Positions 1 to 12,000 of a stretch of DNA of 64,000 bases are shown one piece after another. How positions within the stretch are numbered: position 1 is the first letter of the stretch; the number at the start of each line of letters is the position of its first letter. A program made the position numbers and the translations under genes. The stretch is from Carcharhinus amblyrhynchos (taxonomy: Eukaryota): assembly GCA_965287045.1 (NCBI GenBank), contig OZ336883.1, positions 31,620,001-31,684,000 of the forward strand. The letters are read 5' to 3'. The notes below the pieces were generated by a model. The model saw only the letters and a program-made list of their open reading frames with translations. It was not told where the DNA came from and ran no database searches.

Positions 1-470
1 AAAATGCAAAGGAGGTTTACCAGGATAATCCCAGCGATAAGGAAATTTGGTTATTTGAAGAGATTAGTGAAGCTGGATTTATTCTCCTTGGAGTAGAAAA
101 GGTATTAAATTGAGGTATTAAAAATTATGATGAATTTTGACCAAGCCAGCAAGAACAAATTGTTTCCTCAGGCAAGTGGACCAATAACCAAACATCATAG
201 ATTTAAAATAATTGGGCAAAAGAATTGAATGCAAAATTAGGTATTTATTCCACGCGGAAGCATTTTGTAATCTGGAACACACCACTTGAAAAAGTGGTGG
301 AAGCAGATTCCATATCAAAGTTTCTAGGTAATTGGATGTGTATTTGAAGAAGACTAATTTCTAAGGTTTTTGTCGGGAAAAAGTCAGGTTTTGGGACAAA
401 ATTGAACAGCCATTTCGAAAAGCTGGCATAAATATTCCTGGCTGATGGACTTTAAGCTTGTATGAATCAT
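1..470 (+). mobile_element. CR1/HER1-type LINE 3' fragment
   Basis: Translates QRRFTRIIP..RLVKLDLFSLE; CR1-like 3' region. Confidence 0.75.
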
Positions 471-1773
471 AGAACTGAAGTCCCTGGGGTTCTCCCTGCT
501 ATATAAATTGTAGAGCTCCCTCCCATGGCAGAAAATCCTTGTAGCAGGAATTTATATGTTGTTTTACTTCAGATGCATTCTGCAGGTGCAATACAAGTAC
601 AGACTACAAAAATATCTGTCGATCTAGGAATGTTCCATCTGCATTTTTGCTGCTGTGCTGTTGGCGTTCCACAAAGTACCCCACTGGCAAAAAAAAATTG
701 TTACTGGTTATAATTGTGGCAGCCTTTGAATTTGGAACAAACATTTACATTAAATTTGATGTGCAATTGTTTTGCTCACTTACCTATTATCAAACTTATT
801 TTGTCATTTCTGATATGTCTTCCCTGAATCACTGCCCTTCCCAGTTGATATCATCAGAAAATTTAACCTTTGCATTTCATTTCTAAACGTATGTAAATCA
901 AAATTATAGTGGTGCCACAAGTGAATGGGGCACACCACTCAATGCTCCCTCCACCCTGACATAATTCCTTTAATTAGTACTTAGCATTTTCTATACTTCA
1001 GCCAATTTCTTCTGCATTCCCATGTTTTACCTTGAATCGCCACAGCTTTAAATATAATTAACAACCTTTTGACAAATGCTTTAGATTAGTGGCCTGAGAG
1101 ATGTATGTTTTGTTGAGATGGAATGTGCTCCAGGGTAACTTGACTTGTTGAGTGACCTTCATAAGAAATGGCAGAACATTGCAAATTTGTACATTGCCAC
1201 CAAAAAAATTAGCTCTTGACTGTAAGTGCATATGTAGTCACTACATTGCACTCGAATGCTTAAAATATACATCCGTGAACTAATTCTGGATCACACAATG
1301 CCTTAGGAGAAATTATGTTTGCTAAAAGTTCTTGTAGCTCAACTTGAGTAGAATTACAAGAAATGAAAGTTTGTATACTAACATCACAATCATCCTATGA
1401 ATAAATACAAATTTAATTCAACTATATTCTGAGGATTTTTGTTTGTTTCTTTAGTGACTATAATTTGATACAATGGTGCAGGAAAGTCATCCCAATCTGC
1501 CTTCCTACACTTCAACAGAACGGCTTCGTGTGGCAGTAATGAAGGTTTTAGAAGCATCTTTGGAAGCTGTTTAGGTTTGGGGAAGAGATACATGAGAGAG
1601 AGAGGGATGTTCACGTGAGTTGGAGGGATGAATAGCAAAATTGAACTGACTGTAGCAATAAAGCTGCAACAATGCATCATTCTGTATTGTGTTACAAATC
1701 GTAAAATGAAATATTAAGGACTCAGCTCATTAATAAAATATTCTCTTCTAAACACTGTTTCTTTTTTCTGCAG

Positions 1774-1822
1774 CTTTTCAGGGAAGTAAGAATAATGAAA
1801 TGTTTGAACCATCCGAATATAG
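1774..1822 (+). CDS. MARK3: MARK3 coding exon (~exon 4), kinase subdomain III/IV: LFREVRIMKCLNHPNI
   Basis: Acceptor tttttctgcag|CTT, donor ATAG|gtaagt; 49 nt; peptide matches the MARK kinase alphaC region and joins in phase 1 with the next exon. Confidence 0.96.
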
Positions 1823-3762
1823 GTAAGTCATTTTTTTCCCCATCATTTTGGGGATTTAATTGAGCACAAAACAATTTTCTCCCGTTGAAATGTTCATACT
1901 TAAAGTGATAGGCAAATCTACTTTGCCTCAAATCAGTTGAACTGATCTGCTCTAACTCTAATGGGCTGTTATGCTTTGATATAGCTATGATAGGCTAATA
2001 TGTTCCGTCCTATGTATGAAATAGAATTCTTGGTAGGACTATAACTGTTCAGCAAGGATTTATGGTTTCAGCTATTACTGCTCCTGAACAAACCCAGAAA
2101 GAGATTTGCACTTTAAACTCAAGACATAAACCATTTGTATAGTGTCCCTGATGTACATCTGCTCTTATTAGCACTGTAATCAATAGAAACTCTTTTTCTT
2201 TTAAGTTTTCCTAAAATATAATTTGATGAGCAAGCCATCCTGCATCCGTTAACATCGACATGTTCAAAACACAGTGACCCATATCTGATGCTTCATTAAA
2301 TCTCACTCACCCATCCACCTCAGCCTTACTAATCTTCACTGGCTTCCTGACCAATAGGTATTGAATTTAAAACTCTTGTCACCTTTGAGCCTTTCCATAA
2401 CAACATGGACCGGCTGTTTTGGAAAAATAAGTAATAATCACACATTCCATTGTTAATATGTAAATCAGCTAACAAATTCATGGGATTGAGCAACATGCCA
2501 TGCGTTGCAAGGTCTAAAATTTTCAAGTTGATACACCATTTGCTTTGCACAACTGGTGTCTTGACCTTGGCCTCACCGTTATTTTTAAAATTTGCTGGAT
2601 TTGTACTTCATTGCACATAAAACCTGCTACAGAAAGTCAACTCAAATTATGTAAACATCTTTTTAATGACGTGATATTGCAGAGCCAATCCATTTCCTTA
2701 GCCTAAGAATTGAAAATTTTAAATGGTTGCGTCTCATTAATTCGGGTGGTAAATTAATCTTAGACATTTTTAAAGTGTCAAATATTAAATGCTATTATTT
2801 TCCTTTGTATCTTTGTCTTCTGTATCTTAATCTAATCTTTCTTTTCCTTTTTTAATCTCTCCCTGTCTTCTTCTGTTTCGCTTTTTGTGCCTGATTTGAC
2901 TAATTCACCCTTCTTGGATTTTCTCAATCCTTAACTCGAGAAGATTACATGACTGCTGTTGATCTTGCCATTGGCTGTCGTTCTAGGCACGCAATTGTCC
3001 TCACTGATCCACTACCACCTCGCCCTTTCAGCAAGCTACATTGAAAATTAATTTTGAACTGAAGGGTGAAGAAATGAGTCATAACTAATGGAGTACACCC
3101 TGCTCTGGCAAGACCTGATCTAATGTCTATAACCTATACCAACCTTGTGTCTCTTACTGCACCATTCAGTTCACTGATTCACCACTCCCCTCTAATTCAC
3201 CCAAGTTAATAGGAGCTTCAGCTGCTTTGATCTTAACTTTTGGAGCTCCTTCCTTTATCCCCTCTGCCTTTCTTCGTCCCTCCACATTTGAAATATTCTC
3301 TAAAATTTAGTGATCCAAAGTTTTGGTCACCATGACTTGGCAATCTGTCAATCTCTCAATAGTTAAATGATTTACCAACACAGTCTAAGTGTACTCTCAG
3401 AAGGTGCCTGTGGAAACCTATGCCTGCCTATTGCATTGCTTTAAGAGAGGAAATAAAATGGGAGATGGGGACAGAATGTAACTGAATGGGATTCATCCAG
3501 TTTCAAGTTACAAGAATTTTTTTTTTTATTTGTGGACTTGTAACCAGGCCATGGCATTAAATATTTTAATATGTTGTCTGTAACAGCTGCACCCTGAAAT
3601 TTACTTTGTTTTTTTTGTCTTATATGAGTGGAATTATAGGCACACATTACATTATAAAATGCAGCAAAAATTCCTTAATGGCTGGACTACTAATTGTACG
3701 AAAGGAAGGATGCACATGTGATTAATGTTAAGTTTTTTGGTATGCAAACATAAATTTCAGTA

Positions 3763-4185
3763 GACTGTCAGTTGTGGCTCAATGAGTAGCACACTTGCCT
3801 CTGATTCAGGCGGCCTGAGTCCCACTTCAGAGTGCAGAAATCTAAGCTGGTGCTGCCATGTAGTACTGTGCTGTTAGAAGTGCTTTTCTTCGGATAAGAC
3901 ATTAACAGGGGCCCCATCTGCTCTCTCCGACTGACGTAAAAGTTCTCATGGCACTATTTGGAAGATCAGGAGAGTAAGCCTTGACCAATATTTATCCCTC
4001 AATCGACATCCCTCAAACAGATTGTGGTCATTATCACATTGCTGTTTGTAGGAGCTTACTGTGTGCAAATTGGCTGCCAAATCATACATTACAGCAGCAG
4101 CAGGGGCTCAAATGCTACATTGACTGAAAAGTATTTGGGATGCCCTGAGGTTATGAAAGACCCAGTATAAATGTATTTCTGTCTT
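3763..4185 (+). mobile_element. tRNA-derived DeuSINE (SacSINE1-like)
   Basis: Box A-like gtggctcaatgagtagc; Deu-like core gacgtaaaag..catggcactatttg; L2-like tail gtgaaag..tataaatg. Confidence 0.7.
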
Positions 4186-4479
4186 TGCATAGTCTGGCTC
4201 AAAATGAAAAAGAAATCTTACCGCTCTATGCATCACGTGCCCAGGTGATCAAGATAACCAACTTTGAAAGCTGTGTAATGGTGATCTATTCGAGCTCTCT
4301 GAGAACAAGACACTAGCCTATGTGATAGGTCGATTTTGTGTTTTCATGTGTAGAAGGTTGCTTGAGAGGAACTTTGTGTTTGAGGTCTGTTCACTCTATT
4401 TAACTTTATTGAGACCGGTGCAAGCATTAATATATAAATCCCCAGCCAGAGGAAGCAATATCTGTGTCTACTAATTGAG

Positions 4480-4800
4480 GGCCCTTCAAAATCTTGATGT
4501 TTCAATGAGTTTGCCTCTGATTCTCTGAAACTCCAGATCGTTTGTATAATGACTCAAGAAGCCTGACTGAAAAAGAACATAATTTATTACAGGAAAATAA
4601 AATAAAACCACTGTTCAGATAATGAGTTCCAGCTGGGCAGGCCACTGTCTGTTACCAGGGAAGCTTATACTCAATAAGCCCAACAGGGAGTTCAATCAGT
4701 GATTCCTCATCCACTTTGTGGGTGTTATTATAGTTTCAGTTTTCTCAGCCTCTCATAGGACAACCCTCTCATCCCAAAGAACCCATTTAATGACCTTTCT
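4480..4800 (-). mobile_element. CR1 fragment interrupted by a ~190-bp solo-LTR-like segment (~4543-4732)
   Basis: CR1 antisense phrases (cccttcaaaatcttg..tttcaatgag..ctgaaactccag / ctctcataggacaaccctctcatccca) are split by unrelated sequence bounded by tgtataat..attata. Confidence 0.4.
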
Positions 4801-5039
4801 CATGTCTCAACCTACTCTGTGGTGCTTTACCATCTTTTTGGGAAGTCAGGAGGCATAGTGGAGTGCCATTCCCTTTCCAGCACACACCATTGAAATCAAG
4901 GATAATCATGCACTCTTGTGTCAGTTATCCCATATTCTTTGCACCTACTTGTCTCTGAGGACTAACTTTCATTGTGATATTGAGTAAATAGTATTGGGGA
5001 AAGCACCTGAATTGTAACACTTTTTCAAATAACTATCAA

Positions 5040-6085
5040 ATTTTGGTTTGATTTATTATTGTCACATGTATTGGGATACAGGGAAAAGTATTGTTTCTTG
5101 CCCGCTATATACACAAAACAAACCATTCATGGAATACATAGGGGAGGAGGAAAGGAGAGGGTGCAGAACATAATGTTAAAGCCATAAGTTCATAAGATAT
5201 AGGAGCAAAATTAGGCTATTCGGCCCATCAAATCTGCTCTGCCATTCAATCTTGGCTGGTATGCACCTCCTCCCCATTTTCCTGCCTTTTCCGATTACCC
5301 TTCAACCCGTTACCAATTAAAAATCTGTCTAACTCCTCAAATTTACTCCTTGTCCCAGCATCCACTGCACTTTGGGGTAGTGAATTCCATAGATCCACAA
5401 CCCTTTGGGAACAGTAGCTTCTCCCCTGTTTTAAATTTGCTACCCCTTATCCTAAGAGTATGACCTCTCATCTAAGAATGCCCCACAAGAGGAAGCATCT
5501 GCACCACGTCCACTTTATCCATATCTTTTATCATCTTATATACCTCGATTTGATCTCTCCTCTCTCTTCTAAATTCCAGAGAGTATTGGCCTAAATTGTT
5601 CAATCTGTCTTCATAGGACAGACTCCTCAATCAACCATAAGTAGGGTGTAGAGAAAGATCAGCTTAACATATGGTAGGTCTATTGAAAATTCTGATAGTA
5701 ACAGGAAAGAAACTGTTCTTCAGTCAGTTGGTATGTGACCTGAGACTTTTGTATCTTTTTCCTGACGGAAGCAGGTGAAAGCATGTCCAGGGTGCGTGGG
5801 ATCCTTGATTATGTCAACTGCTTTACCGAGGCAGTAAGAAGTGTAGATAGACTAAGTCAATGGATGGTAGGGTGGTTTGTATGATGGACTGGGCTATGTT
5901 ACAACCCTTTGTAGTTTCTTGTGATCTTGGTCAAAGCAGGAGCCATACCAAGTTGTGATACATCTGGAAAGGATGCTTTCTGTGGTGCATCTGTAAAAAT
6001 TTTGGTGAGGGTCATAACAGACATGGCAAATTTCTGCAGTCTTCAGAGAAAATAGAGAGGTAGGTAAGCTTTCTTAACTATATTT
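5040..6085 (-). mobile_element. Rex1/Babar LINE 3' fragment with nested CR1 3' end (~5185-5630, - strand)
   Basis: Reverse complement matches the 35582-36398 element (gaaaagtattgtttcttg; tttgatttattattgtcacatgta); insert begins cataagttcataagatataggagcaaaattaggc. Confidence 0.75.
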
Positions 6086-7107
6086 CTAATAATCAAAACA
6101 TTTTCACAAACTAAAATAGGATTGGTATCCTCACTCACTTTGCTTTTACAATCTAACTGGCCTCTACTGGCAATTTAAGTATGAATTATATTGTTTAACA
6201 AATATTGAAGAGAACGCTTTCAAGGTTAAGTACGTTGGTATTGCAATATAGATGCGGATGGCACTGAATCTTACAGGAAATGTATCATAAATCATGGGGT
6301 ATATTGGTTCTTAAAATTTCCAGAAATCCCAACTTAAGCTAACTGTATAACAAAAAGTATCATAAATGGTTCAAAATGGTTTTTAAAGTCTGGAAATTGA
6401 GTATTTTGGCAAAAGCGCATTTAATCACTTTTTTCATCCCACATTTTGCAGAAGCATTATACCTTGTACATACAATTAATTCATGGCATCCATCTTCTGT
6501 TTCAGCACAATGCCGTTGACCCAAGCAGGGATTGATATCCTGTTTTAAGCGCAGCTGTCTGTGCAAATGTGGTTGTGAACTTTTATGCTGACACAAACTG
6601 ATTCCAGTCTCTGGAGTCTTGTAAAATGTAATAATAGTGTTAAGCATTATAATTGTAGACCTTCACCAGATAATTATTTGTGCTCTACACTAAGAGGCAG
6701 TCTTGTAAATAAGCACTCATTTCCTCCAAACTGAAGCATAACCATTTACACGTATGATCAATTAGCATTGTCCAGGTTGATCAGATGCCTTTGTTGCTGT
6801 AATTCACTCACTGTGGAACTGGCAATGTTCAAGGCACTGTATAAACACAAGTTGTTGTTGAAGTATAAATGGTTAATTTGTGAAAGTAAGTGTACATAGC
6901 ATTAATTGGTATTCATCTAGCATCCTGTGTTTAATTTAAAATTATGTTTGGAGTTGTAATTCAGTATTTGCATTAAAATCAAAATAAAGTAAGGCAATTT
7001 CTTGTTTTAAAATGATATATTTTCTTTAATGCTCTGGGAAAGAGGGATCAGAGGTGGGGCAAGTAGGTGTTTGTCATGGAAGCAGCTTAAAGGAGAAGGT
7101 TCTGCAA

Positions 7108-7205
7108 TAAAAATAGAAAATGCTGGAAATACTCAGGAGATCAGACAGCATCTGCAGAGAACGAAACAGATTTAATGTTTCAGATTGATGAGTTTCATCA
7201 GAATT
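7108..7205 (-). mobile_element. PLE terminal fragment (second family) with decayed hammerhead motif
   Basis: aaaatgctggaaatactcagg..cagcatctg..; the reverse complement contains CTGATGA-aactcatcaatct-GAAAcatt. Confidence 0.55.
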
Positions 7206-7842
7206 CTGAATATGTGTTTGGATGAGACCTCCTCTTTGGAGTAGTCTTGTTGACCATGGTGTTAATTTGGATGTAGATATTCTGTGTTTTCCAAGAGAGC
7301 AACGACTCTTGCTTTGTGATGAATCCTTTCTTCAAATAAGGTTTATCTCAGCAGGTTGATTTGAAACATGAAGTGACACTTGAGTATTAAGGGATACTCT
7401 TCTGAGTTTAAGGTTAAAAGAAAGCACAATTTTGACAGAATATACTTCCAGTTCACTTACAAATCTTTTTTGTACTTCAGTCACATTTGTTCAATATGCT
7501 TCATAAGCCTGCTGGTAATTTAAATTTAGATTACATGTTTTCCTTACCTGTAGAACTTCAAGTTCGAAAGCATGTTTGATATTTTTGCAAGATTCGGGGA
7601 GAATGAGGCTAAAACAGAAATGTCCCCAGTTATGTAGGCACCAAACTTAAATTAGCAATTAAATCTGTACACTTCATGACCATATTAATTGATGTTTAAA
7701 TAACACTTTCACCACAACCATTTTGACACATAACTGTTGCTGCTTTTTTTCCCCGGATACCCCTAATATGTTGTTCAGAAAAACGTTTTTATTATTTATA
7801 AATATTTATGGTGATATTTATTATTTATAAATATTACCATCA

Positions 7843-8025
7843 GGAATGCCCTGCCTGCAGCAGTTGTGGACTCGCCAACTTTAAGGGCATTCAGATGGTC
7901 AGTGGATAGGCAAATGGATAACATTGGAATAGTTTTGGTTAGAAGGTCATTAGATTGGTTCCACTGGTCAGCGCAACATCAAGGGCCAAAGGGCCTGTAC
8001 TGCGCTGTAATGTTCAATGTTCTAT
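7843..8025 (+). mobile_element. CR1 LINE 3' end
   Basis: ggaatgccctgcc..gggccaaagggcctgtactgcgctgtaatgttcaatgttcta. Confidence 0.7.
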
Positions 8026-8630
8026 CTTTCTTGCCATGTGATATTTCTACAAGACATCAAACTTAGTATATTCGCTGAAGCAAAATAATATTCTGGATGT
8101 ATTTTCTACATTTGAGAAACAGAGTTCCATCAAGAGTGAACCAAATCTTAAAAGTATTTTGCTTTTATCTTTTAAGTTTAAGTTAAAGTTGTTTGTGTTT
8201 TATATCTGTGTTTGTCTTGTTCATACACTTGCCAGTCTACAATTAGTACATTACCATAAATGTTTACAAGAAGCGCCAGCAGTCTGAATGGTACTGGTGA
8301 AGAGGATATAGGCTGACTAAGGAATTATAATTTTGAATACCAGATGCAGGTGTTATTTTGTGAACTATAATCCAGAATAAATTCTATGTAGAGTGTAAGT
8401 AATTTAGATTACAACTTTAAAAGTCAATTTTAGGTAATGTAGCCATGTATCTGAACCTCACATCTCTCATTTAAAATTATTTTGTTTGTAACACTACATT
8501 TCCCATATGCTTATGCCATGATGGCTTAATATGACATATTTCATGAGTTGAGAAAGAAATTTAGGGCTTTGTTGATGCCATTTTCCATTTGTCTTCAATC
8601 TTTTCTACTATTTTTATTTGTTATCCTTTA

Positions 8631-8950
8631 TCATAGAATCCCTACGGTGTAGAAGAAGGCAATTCAATCTTTTGTATCTGAACTGATTCTCCAACAGCGC
8701 ATCTCCATAACCCCACATGTTTATCCCACTAATTCCCCTAATCTAACCATCTTGAACACTAAGGGGCAATTTAGCATGGCCAGTCAACCTAACTTGCACA
8801 TCATTGGACTATGGGAGAAAACCGGAGCACCCGGAAGAAACCCACACAGACACGAGAAGAATGTGCAAACTCCACACAGTCACCCAAAGCTGGAATTGAA
8901 CCAGGGTCCCTAATGCTGAGAGGCAGCAGCTCTAACTGTGCCACCGTATT
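8631..8950 (-). mobile_element. HE1-like V-SINE
   Basis: V-core antisense ggagaaaaccggagcacccggaagaaacccacacagacacg; CR1-type tail catagaatccctac. Confidence 0.85.
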
Positions 8951-9013
8951 GCCCTCTATCCTGATTGATACTTGTGATCTGTGGGTAGCAATAACAAGCT
9001 TTATACATTAAGA

Positions 9014-9140
9014 TAAAAGCAAATTACTGCAGATGCTGGAATCTGAAAAAACAAAATGCTGGAAAATTTCAATAAGTTTGACAGCATCTGTGAAGAGAGA
9101 ACAGAGCTAATGTTTCGCGTCTGGATGACTTTTTGTCAGG
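9014..9140 (-). mobile_element. PLE terminal fragment (second family)
   Basis: actgcagatgctggaatctg..aaatgctggaaa..cagcatctgtg; the reverse complement has ctgacaa..gcGAAAcatt. Confidence 0.55.
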
Positions 9141-10835
9141 GCATATTTTGACTCATGTGGTTCACGTTCAAGCCAGCTTTTGTTAAGCATGTGGCCCACT
9201 TAAACCATCAACAGGTGAAGTGAAACCATCCCAATATATTGTCAGCCATATTTTAAATTCACAAAGGCATTTTAGTTTCCTGTTCCATGGTGACTAGTAT
9301 TTTTCAGACACCTGACTAGTTTTATTATCTCAGCAAGAGTTGGTGGCAGATGCAATGCTATCTTAATTTAAATTACTTCAAAGCAAACTGTCCAGCATGA
9401 ATTTCTTGGATCTTAACCATATTTATTCTAATTGCCAGCAATGATTCTGTGTGTGACCTGGAGGGGGATGGTTAACCATAATGGATTATAAATCATCTAG
9501 TCACCTTGTTTTTTTCACTTGCTTAATATAGGTTTTCTCCTCCTACGCTCTCTCCCTTTATCCCTTATACTCTTTCTTCTCTCTCTCTCTCTTAATGTCA
9601 CCCCTGATGGTTTACAGACTAATTTTTTTTAACTGTCAGGACTGGCAATTATACAATCTGATCAAACTAATTTTGAATGTCAAAAGGTATCGCAGAATTT
9701 TAAAGCTTAGAAGTAGACTCTGCCTAGCTGTGTCTGTGGCAGATCTTTGAAAGAACTATCCACTCAGTTTCTTCCCCTGTAAGCTTTTAAATATTTATTT
9801 TTCAGCTAGTTAACCACTTAGTTTTTAAAAGCAATTATGGATTTTGCTGCCAGCCGTGCTTCTGGTAGAACGTTCCATGTCACAGAAACCCTTTGTGAAC
9901 AAAAAAAACCTCTTAACTCAAATCAAAATAATTGAATGTATTACCTTAGTGAACCTCTTCCATACCAAGCCATGGCTTTGATATCCTTTCGAAAATGTGC
10001 TGTCCAAAACAAGCCAAATAACAATTTAGTTTTAGAAATCTAAACAGTTGTAGGGTATTGGATATTATTTGAGCATGTTCAAGCGATATAAGTTATATTA
10101 TGTAGCTTGGTGCCAAATATACTTGAAAATATTGAGATTAACTGTGTGTCCCAGCAATTGATCATTTTGCCAAAGGGAAACATTAGTAAAAATGTAGCTT
10201 TAAATTGTTTTGGTTTGCTTTGGCTAAGTTTCTATTTGAGCACATTGTTTTCTATCTGCTGAATTTAAAATAATAAGCTGCCCCAATATTTTAGCTAGTT
10301 GGGTCAGTGAGCAGCTGAACAACAGCAGAAAGATGCCAGATTGAATCCAAAGTACATGCAAATTTAGTTGGTTACTCACCTGAGGTACTGGTAGTTATTT
10401 TACAATTGTCTTCACTACTCTTTTGAGTAAAAGGGAAGTTTAACCATAGATCTCGTTCTTCATTATTATGTACGGCCTTGTATTCAGCATTAGTTTGATT
10501 GTGACGAATCCTACAAACATCCCAATGTTTGCAGTCTACACCCAAAAATTAAAGATGGCCATTTGGATGAAGTGATAAAAGACCAACCATATTCCAGCTT
10601 GGAACCAATGCCTTCAGAAAATAGAGACAGGACAGAATGTGGGAAAAGAGAAAATCAGTTTTTCTTTTAACATCAAACAATGTGCTGTTCTGACAGCTGA
10701 ATTGGCACTATTTAAACAAATACATTGTTTATTCAGAAATAAGCTGAAATTGAGCAGTTGAAACATCTTTTATAAATGTGTTGAATTTGGTACTTACCTG
10801 AGCATATCAATGTGATTTTCATTTTTGCTTTTCAG

Positions 10836-10901
10836 TGAAATTATTTGAAGTTATTGAAACAGAGAAGACTCTCTATTTAGTGATGGAATATGCAAGTGGA
10901 G
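10836..10901 (+). CDS. MARK3: MARK3 exon (~5): (V)[21 protein letters not shown]
   Basis: Acceptor ttttgcttttcag|, donor GGAG|gtaagt; 66 nt; hinge motif MEYASG. Confidence 0.97.
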
Positions 10902-11129
10902 GTAAGTAGAGTTCAACCTAAAAAAAACAACCAATTTTACTTTGATTAATATTTGGTACTTTTCTGATTTAATGAGAAATAATTCAGTATGCCTAATCTT
11001 CTCAATGGGTATCATACAATGAATTTTGCCTTGGGAGTAAATTGATTATTCTGTCATCAGCCTGATGCAACTTCCTACAAAACAGCAGTGAGGTGAATAA
11101 TTAGTTGATCTGTTTTCTGATGGTAAAAA

Positions 11130-12000
11130 CTGAAATGCTGGAAACACTCAGCAGGTCTGGCAGCATGGGTGGAGAGAGAAAGAGTTAACTTTTCAGGCCT
11201 GAGGGCTTTGTGAGAACTGTGAGAAGTTATAAATGGTCTGAGCAACTATAATTGGAAAGGTGAGAGTGGGAAGAAGAACAAGAGGGAAGGTGTGTGACGA
11301 GGTGGAGAGTGGGACAAATTAAATGGGATGAGGTTTTGTGGTACAAAGCCAAAGGCAGCAATAATGGGACAATCAAAGAAACAAAAGATGTGCCCAGAGT
11401 AAGTGTGAGACAGCTATCTGAACACAAAGTTAATGAATTAAGAAAGAAACAAGGAGCGGGAAAACCAGTGAAAAGATGCAAAAAATATGGGGCAGAGGTT
11501 ATGATGTAAAGTTGTTGAACTTAGCGTTGCCTCCAGAAGATTGCAAAGTACCCATTGAAAGACCAGATGCTCTTCTTTGAGCTTGTAGTGAACCTCACTG
11601 GAACACTTGCAGGCCAATGATGGATAGGTCAGAGCAGGAACAAAATAGAGAATTAAAATGACAGCTCAGGATTTTGCTTTTGGACAAAATGGTGGTGTTT
11701 CATAAAGTGATCACCAGTCCGTATTAGTTCCCTAATGTAGAGGGGATCACGTAATAAGCGGTGAATACAGTATACTAAATTGAAAGAAATAGAAAGTCCA
11801 GTTTTGCGTAGGAGGAGTGTTTGGGGCCTCAGATGGTGAAAAGGGAGACAGTAATGCAACACCTGCCCTTTCATCTCCTTCCTTCTCACCAACGAAGGCC
11901 CTGCAGTTTTTTTTCCCAAGTGAAACAGTAATTTACTTGTACTTTAAATTTAGTATACTGTGTTCACTGTTCACGATGTGGCCTTCACTATTGTGTTCCA
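11130..12000 (-). mobile_element. Degenerate Penelope-like element of a second family, with a short inverted 5' segment
   Basis: Minus ORF 11653..11919 contains NLVYCIHRLLRDPLYIRE..GDHFMKH (GIY-YIG-like); + strand ~11920-11990 reads FTCTLNLVYCVHCSRCGLHY; terminus aaatgctggaaacactcagcaggtctggcagcat at ~11130. Confidence 0.7.
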
